A stretch of 64,000 nucleotides of DNA, from contig NIVC01001081.1 of the NCBI GenBank assembly GCA_002269645.1, positions 248,001 to 312,000 of the forward strand, given 5' to 3'. Below, piece after piece: positions 57,137 to 64,000 of the stretch (positions within the stretch are counted from its first letter, which is position 1; every line of letters starts with the position of its first letter). Below the pieces are notes generated by a model. The model was not told the origin of the DNA. It worked only from the letters and a program-made list of their open reading frames with translations, and did not search any database. The translations under genes were made by a program, and so were the position numbers. Source of the DNA: Macrostomum lignano (taxonomy: Eukaryota).

Positions 57137-57784
57137 CGGTCAATACAGCTGAGCTAAATGTTTATTTTGGCTTTATTTTGCTTCAATCAGCTACTGCTGG
57201 CTGTGGTCCTGCATGAAGCAGCATAATATTCCTCGAGTCGGAACATTACTGAGCGAGCCGTGCCATGCCGATGTTCGGTGTATAAACATTCGCATGCATT
57301 GAAGGCGAATTCAAGTGCAGCGTGCACTGCAGTCTGCTGGGATGCATTTGTGCCTCCGCAGATCAGCGTATTATAGCAATATTTTGTCAGCCCCCAAGCC
57401 CGTGCGGACGAAAAAGGCAATTAATTTGATTTTCTGTTTCCAGTTGCAGAAATCCGAACCGAGGCGGCCCTGCATTTGCGGGGGCGCCGGCCTCCACCTT
57501 GTGCAGTGGCTTTGCTTTCCCTTATTTTGTTTGCGCGGCATTGGCGGCGTGCGGGCGAAATCTGAAGACGACCGCGAGTTGAAGGGATAAGTGTGACAGG
57601 AGCGAATGGGATCTGGTAATGGGATATGTTTAACGATTGGTCAGAACAATTAGAGTTTCACAAAACTTTCTTGGCAGAGGGAGTGCAAAGTTGCAACGAT
57701 TTTGCAAATGTACTTTCCTCTTGTGTGTAAATGCAACATCTTGATTTTTTGTTGCTTTTGTTGTTTAAATGATTGGCGATGCGT

Positions 57785-58075
57785 GTCTAACAGTTGCTGA
57801 ATGTCGTGTCTAACAGTTGCTGAATGTCGTGTCTAACAGCTGCTGAATGTCGTGTCTAACAGTTGTTTAATGTCGTGTCTAACAGTTGCTTAATGTCGTG
57901 TCTAACAGTTGCTTTAATGTCGTGTCTAACAGTTGCTTAATGTCGTGTCTAACAGTTGCTTAATGTCGTGTCTAACAGTTGCTTAATGTCGTGTCTAACA
58001 GTTGCTTAATGTCGTGTCTAACAGTTGCTTTAATGTCGTGTCTAACAGAGGATCATGGCTGTGTCTAACAGGTGA
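57785..58075 (+). repeat. ~23-bp minisatellite TGTCGTGTCTAACAGTTGCTTAA
   Basis: Direct reading. Confidence 0.9.
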
Positions 58076-58555
58076 TGATTTTGGTGTCTCAAAAACAGGG
58101 TACTGCTTATGCCGAACAGGAAATGTGGGTGTCGCGTTCTGAAAGAGACGGTTGTGGCAGCCGACAGCCTTACAGCTCAGCTGCCTGCACCAACAGGTTT
58201 GACAGTTCGAGAAAACCGACTTCACCCAACTTCCACAGAGAGTATCCAGGCTGACTCGTGAGTACAAAATGGAGTTTTCTTGTTTTCTTTGAGTAAATAG
58301 GAGGCCCTATTGTAGCACGCTGAGCTTGAGCAGTCAATGCTGGTCTTGAGCACACTTATCCACTCCAGGATGCGGAGTGACAGTTGAGCAGAGTCAACAA
58401 TTGCAATGTTTACCACATTTGCAGTTCCCAATACCGAAACAGTTAAAGATTAACCGGTATCTACCTGGCGTAACGACTAGACTAGCAATCCATCCTATTC
58501 TTGATCTATCATTCTTCTTATTCTTCCTATTTCTTCCTTTCTTCCTAGAGTTCAT

Positions 58556-60061
58556 CTCCCCATCCACCGCAGAACTGCACTCCGCCATAGACAATGAAGC
58601 CAGCTAGTTGGAGACTCCCCATCCGCCACAGAACTGCACTCGGCCATAGACAATGAAGCCAGCTAGTTGGAGACTCCCCATCCGCCACAGAACTGCACTC
58701 GGCCATAGACAATGAAGCCAGCTAGTTGGAGACTCCCCATCCGCCACAGAACTGCACTCGGCCATAGACAATGAAGCCAGCCAGTTGGAGACTCCCCATC
58801 CGCCACAGAACTGCACTCGGCCATAGACAATGAAGCCAGCTAGTTGGAGACTCCCCATCCGCCACAGAACTGCACTCGGCCATGGACAATGAAGCCAGTC
58901 AGTTGGAGACTCCCCATCCGCCACAGAACTGCACTCGGCCATAGACAATGAAGCCAGTCAGTTGGAGACTCCCCATCCGTCACAGAACTGCACTCGGCCA
59001 TAGACAATGAAGCCAGTCAGTTGGAGACTCCCCATCCGCCACAGAACTGCACTCGGCCATAGACAATGAAGCCAGCTAGTTGGAGACTCCCCATCCGCCA
59101 CAGAACTGCACTCGGCCATAGACAATGAAATCAGCCAGTTGGAGACTCCCCATCCGCCACAGAACTGCACTCGGCCATAGACAATGAAGCCAGTCAGTTG
59201 GAGACTCCCCATCCGTCACAGAACTGCACTCGGCCATAGACAATGAAGCCAGTCAGTTGGAGACTCCCCATCCGCCACAGAACTGCACTCGGCCATAGAC
59301 AATGAAGCCAGCTAGTTGGAGACTCCCCATCCGCCACAGAACTGCACTCGGCCATAGACAATGAAATCAGCCAGTTGGAGACTCCCCATCCGCCACAGAA
59401 CTGCACTCGGCCATAGACAATGAAGCCAGCCAGTTGGAGACTCCCCATCCGCCACAGAACTGCACTCGGCCATGGACAATGAAGCCAGTCAGTTGGAGAC
59501 TCCCCATCCGCCACAGAACTGCACTCGGCCATAGACAATGAAGCCAGTCAGTTGGAGACTCCCCATCCGTCACAGAACTGCACTCGGCCATAGACAATGA
59601 AGCCAGTCAGTTGGAGACTCCCCATCCGCCACAGAACTGCACTCGGCCATAGACAATGAAGCCAGTCAGTTGGAGACTCCCCATCCGCCACAGAACTGCA
59701 CTCGGCCATAGACAATGAAATCAGCCAGTTGGAGACTCCCCATCCGCCACAGAACTGCACTCGGCCATAGACAATGAAGCCAGTCAGTTGGAGACTCCCC
59801 ATCCGCCACAGAACTGCACTCGGCCATAGACAATGAAGCCAGCTAGTTGGAGACTCCCCATCCGCCACAGAACTGCACTCGGCCATAGACAATGAAATCA
59901 GCCAGTTGGAGACTCCCCATCCGCCACAGAACTGCACTCGGCCATAGACAATGAAATCAGCCAGTTGGAGACTCCTCATCCGCCACAGAACTGCACTCGG
60001 CCATAGACAATGAAGCCAGCCAGTTGGAGACTCCCCATCCGTCACAGAACTGCACTCGGCC
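58556..60061 (+). repeat. 59-bp minisatellite GGCCATAGACAATGAAGCCAGCTAGTTGGAGACTCCCCATCCGCCACAGAACTGCACTC
   Basis: About 25 near-identical head-to-tail units with no unique spacers. Confidence 0.95.
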
Positions 60062-60347
60062 AAGTTTCGACGTATGTTTCTGAACTGAATTAATGCGAGT
60101 GCAGGCTATAAGTACATTTGATTCTGTCTTGCCACTGCCTTCAACGATTGCAGGGAAAGAGGATCGATATTTATTGCCTTACAAGAAGTGTCAATAAGGC
60201 TGGGAAGTTATGGCTGATTTTTTGGCCTCCAAACCGCACCCCTCCAGTCACCGGAATTTCGATCTATATTGATTTATATTCATGCCTGTGCATGCACTTT
60301 TAGCATTTGAATGAGTCCTTAGGATATTTTTCTAAGTCTTTAGAATG

Positions 60348-60742
60348 TGCACCCTCTGCGCCATGGGGGTTGGCCCTCATGGCTGTGGATCGCACTCTCT
60401 GCGCCATGGGGGTTGGCCCTCATGGCTGTGGATCGCACTCTCTGCGCCATGGGGGTTGGCCCTCATGGCTGTGGATCGCACTCTCTGCGCCATGGGGGTT
60501 GGCCCTCATGGCTGTGGATCGCACTCTCTGCGCCATGGGGGTTGGCCCTCATGGCTGTGGATCGCACCCTCTGCGCCTTGGGGGTTGGCCCTCATGGCTG
60601 TGGATCGCACCCTCTGCGCCTTGGGGGTTGGCCCTCATGGCTGTGGATCGCACCCTCTGCGCCTTGGGGGTTGGCCCTCATGGCTGTGGATCCCACCTTC
60701 TGCGCCTTGGGGGTTGGCCCTCATGGCTGTGGATCGCACAAC
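60348..60742 (+). repeat. 43-bp minisatellite GCGCCATGGGGGTTGGCCCTCATGGCTGTGGATCGCACTCTCT
   Basis: About 9 units. Confidence 0.93.
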
Positions 60743-62647
60743 AATCGCCCGACCAATTTTGGTGCACCAGCCCGAAGAGTGCAGCCAGGTCCGGATGAAT
60801 GGATTCGAATCAGGGGTCGTGGAGTGAGAGTCAAGCGTTTATTGCCTCTTTATGCAATTTTTATTCTTACTGGTTAGATTAGCCATCCATGGTGCGTACT
60901 TATCCAGTGGATAGATGAGTAATCCTCTGAGTTACTGGAGCTGAGCATGGACCAGCCAGCACGGCCCTGTCAGGCCAGACGTCATTAAATTAAAATGGCA
61001 CAAGCCATGAGCTCCATTTCTGCTTTTGCCAGGGGTGCAGGCCCTGCTCCTGCGACCAAACTTGGAAGTTTGGAGTGTAAAAATAGCCACCTCCGCGCTT
61101 GCAATATGCGCTGGCTGGAATTTATGCATTCCGCCATATAATTTATTGCGTCTCAATGAATAGCTGATTTGAACTCAAGCAGCAGCCCAGCTCAGCATCA
61201 ACGGTAGGGAAGGGGGTGGACCATTTAGGTCCTGAACTGCTTGCCCCAGCACACCATCACTAAAAATAGTCCTTGCCTGCATGCAGTGTCTGTAGGGATT
61301 TTTATTAAGTAATAAAACTTCGACTGACGGGGCTAAAAATACAGCCCGAGCAGTTCTCAGGGGAGCCGAAACGGGAAGAAGCTCGCGGGCTTCGGGGCGT
61401 GGCAAAAAACTCCAAAATCTTCCCAAACCAAACATTGACTGAGATTGTTTCCCATATCCCCTACTCGGACCCTTGGGGAAATTTTTTTCTCGCAAGAATT
61501 TCCCGATTTCCGGAAGTGACAAAACTCCGAGGAGACGGGCCGGACTCTTTCGGGTGAGAAGGCGCGCCCAGAAAGTGCTTCCGGCTGCGGGATCGGCGAG
61601 TCCGGCAAACAACAGAAACTTTTAGGAAATTGAAAACTGCGATTATTCTGTCCAGCTGCCCGGGCTTCATAAGTTAGGCGGAGTCACGCTTCATATTCTC
61701 CCGATCCCAATCTTTGCCTTTTATTGATTTGATCTCACAGTTGGCAGGCAGGAATAAGTAAATATTAAACAAGTCAGACGTCACTGAGCGCACGTCTGAG
61801 TACTGTTGCAGAACTCACTAAATCTGCACTAATCAATAACAGGTTGAGCTTTGTCTAACTGTTTCTTTAATTACAATTTTTTTAAACGAAAACTTGGATT
61901 TTCAATAATTAAAACAAAAAAGCGCTTACACAGGGATGAAGCCCCAATCGTTGTTTCTATCCGAAATTTGTAGCAGTATGTGATATCTTTCAAGAGATTT
62001 TGCATATGTGGTTTGGCTGACTACCCAGCAGGTGTCATATAGAAGTGTGTAACCCAGATTGAGTACAGATTGATTGGCTTACGTGGACTTGATTTCAGTC
62101 CCGGTGGTTTGGGACTCGATATGTGTAGTCGAATCGCTGCTTTTAGTCAGAGGCAGATTCAGAGAGGCCGTGGCTGCTTCAACAGCATCCGGTCTCCCCT
62201 CTCCTCCTCTCTGTTATCCTCCAGGGGAGAATAAGTGCAGCTCACTTCATGCCTAATAAAGCGCGAGAGCGGACACCTTGCAATGCAGCCCAGCCCCGCG
62301 GCTACAGCTCGCATTCTCCAACTCATGGCTCTCCCACCGGGTGCAAGAAGAGTGTGAGATGGATCCTGGGGGTAGAGGGCAACTCCTTGAGCATGCGGGC
62401 CAAATCTGATTTTCGGATAACCCGAAAGTATGGAGAAGAAAGGACCCAAGAGATTGGGTATCATGCTTGAGCAGTGAGGGAGCAGAGAAGGGTTGAACCG
62501 TAATAAAAATAGGCGAAATTGGCAATGAGGGCAGCAAAGGATCCTCAGCCCGCGCTGCACTTCTGCGCCCCCTAGAAGACAACGAAAAACTGCTGTTATT
62601 ACTTTCTGTGTACAGCTTGTTGTATTGAGGGCCGTACAGGGCTGGGC

Positions 62648-63080
62648 GAGTACTCGGTACTCGGGATACTCGGTACTCGGGATACTCGGTACTCGGTACT
62701 CAGGATACTCAGTACTTGGTACTCGGGATACTCAGTACTCGGTACTCGGTACTCGGGATACTCAGTACTCGGGATACTCGGTACTCGGTACTCAGGATAC
62801 TCAGTACTTGGTACTCGGGATACTCAGTACTCGGTACTCGGTACTCGGGATACTCAGTACTCGGTACTCGGGATACTCAGTACTCGGTACTCGGGATACT
62901 CAGTACTCGGTACTCGGGATACTCGGTACTCGGGATACTCGGTACTCGGGATACTCAGTACTCGGGATACTCAGTACTCGGGATACTCAGTACTCGGGAT
63001 ACTCAGTACTCGGTACTCGGGATACTCGGTACTCGGTACTCGGGATACTCAGTACTCGGTACTCGGGATACTCAGTACTC
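62648..63080 (+). repeat. Compound 7/9-bp repeat (GTACTCG / GGATACTCA)
   Basis: Direct reading. Confidence 0.92.
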
Positions 63081-64000
63081 AACAACTCGCAACTGAGGTG
63101 CCAAGTTTTAAGGTCAACGGAACTGAAACATTGAAAGCAAAATGCACGATTTTCTTTCCTAGAAAAGACAGGAAATCAACTTTCAAAAAGTGACTTTTCT
63201 CCAGCGAAGTTGAAGATTAAAAAAAGAAGCTGCACAGCTCAGTACTCGGTGCTCAGAAGCAGCTTACTCGCCAAACCCCGGACCACATGCGCAATGTTTC
63301 AATCAGAAATGGGACTTTTTTAAAAAAGATCAAGGATGCAACGCAAATAGGTTGGATAGATCCATAGTGACCTATTAATTAGCAGTTTTAAACAAACTGT
63401 TAACTCCTTCGTGAATTTTTCGTATGATTTCTAGTTTGAAAGTTTACTAAAACAATCTTAGCGGAAAATCAGTGAAGAAAATAAAGATTAAGGAGATTTC
63501 GTCACACCACTGAGCCCTTTAAGACCGGTTAACATTACCGTCAGATTGTTCAAACATCGCAGGACATCGCAGCTGCTGATAAAGTTGTTGGACTACGAGT
63601 AGGTTGAAAACTTGGAAGACTGGGAGCTGTCTTGCATCCGGTTTCTACCATATAGAGGTCCTTGGTTGAAATTGGAACACATTTATTTATGAACCAAAAA
63701 CGAACACCAATACACAAGCTAGTTAAACAAATTATGCTATGCTGGACTTGCCTCCAAGCGAGAGAAATGCGGACGTCAATGCGGATTACACTGTACACCA
63801 CTGCGGCTTCAAGCGGACTTATTTACAAAGCAAGCGTTTTGGCACCAGTTTTCACCAGAATTGAGTTGCTATGCATGTTAGCGCAGTGCATCAGTTCAAT
63901 AAAATATTCGACTTTGCATTGCCTTGCAGTCTGTGTGCATAGCAGTCTGTGTGCCAGAGAAAAGTCACAGAATGGTCAGCTATGGAATTCAGCCATGGCA

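Noticed and set aside
58556-60061. CRISPR-like regular array
   Set aside because: Head-to-tail 59-bp units without unique spacers, no cas genes, and a eukaryotic context.

Overview
Repeat-rich animal genomic DNA with spliceosomal GT-AG introns and C/G-ending host codons. The style suggests an invertebrate, possibly a free-living flatworm such as Macrostomum, but that is a guess. From 5' to 3': (1) The last six exons of a Nanchung/OCR-type TRPV channel (25-5371, +). Its intron 1792-4504 holds a complete intronless DHCR24 (sterol Delta24-reductase, 2241-3776) on the same strand. (2) A complex rearrangement: 3883-12030 is repeated at 13333-23036, with a ~1.2 kb inverted third copy between them (DUP-TRP/INV-DUP geometry, both junctions readable). 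It duplicates the TRPV terminal exons and the promoter and exon 1 of (3) a three-exon LMO4-like LIM-only gene (17960-29468, 251 aa). (4) About 20 different mini/microsatellite families separated by TAAT-rich non-coding blocks. (5) An intact, very young 9.8 kb Ty3/Gypsy LTR retrotransposon (46002-55790) inside a 14-bp satellite. It has a tRNA-Lys PBS, a -1 frameshift site and 25 copies of a 10-aa repeat ahead of the protease. Most notably, a third ORF in the env position encodes an HPD-intact J-domain (Hsp40-type) protein, and each LTR carries five co-varying bulged-A hairpins. The J-domain accessory gene and the hairpin array are the best candidates for an undescribed system. All calls come from reading the sequence by eye; no database searches were run, repeat boundaries are approximate, and assembly artefacts cannot be excluded for the rearrangement.
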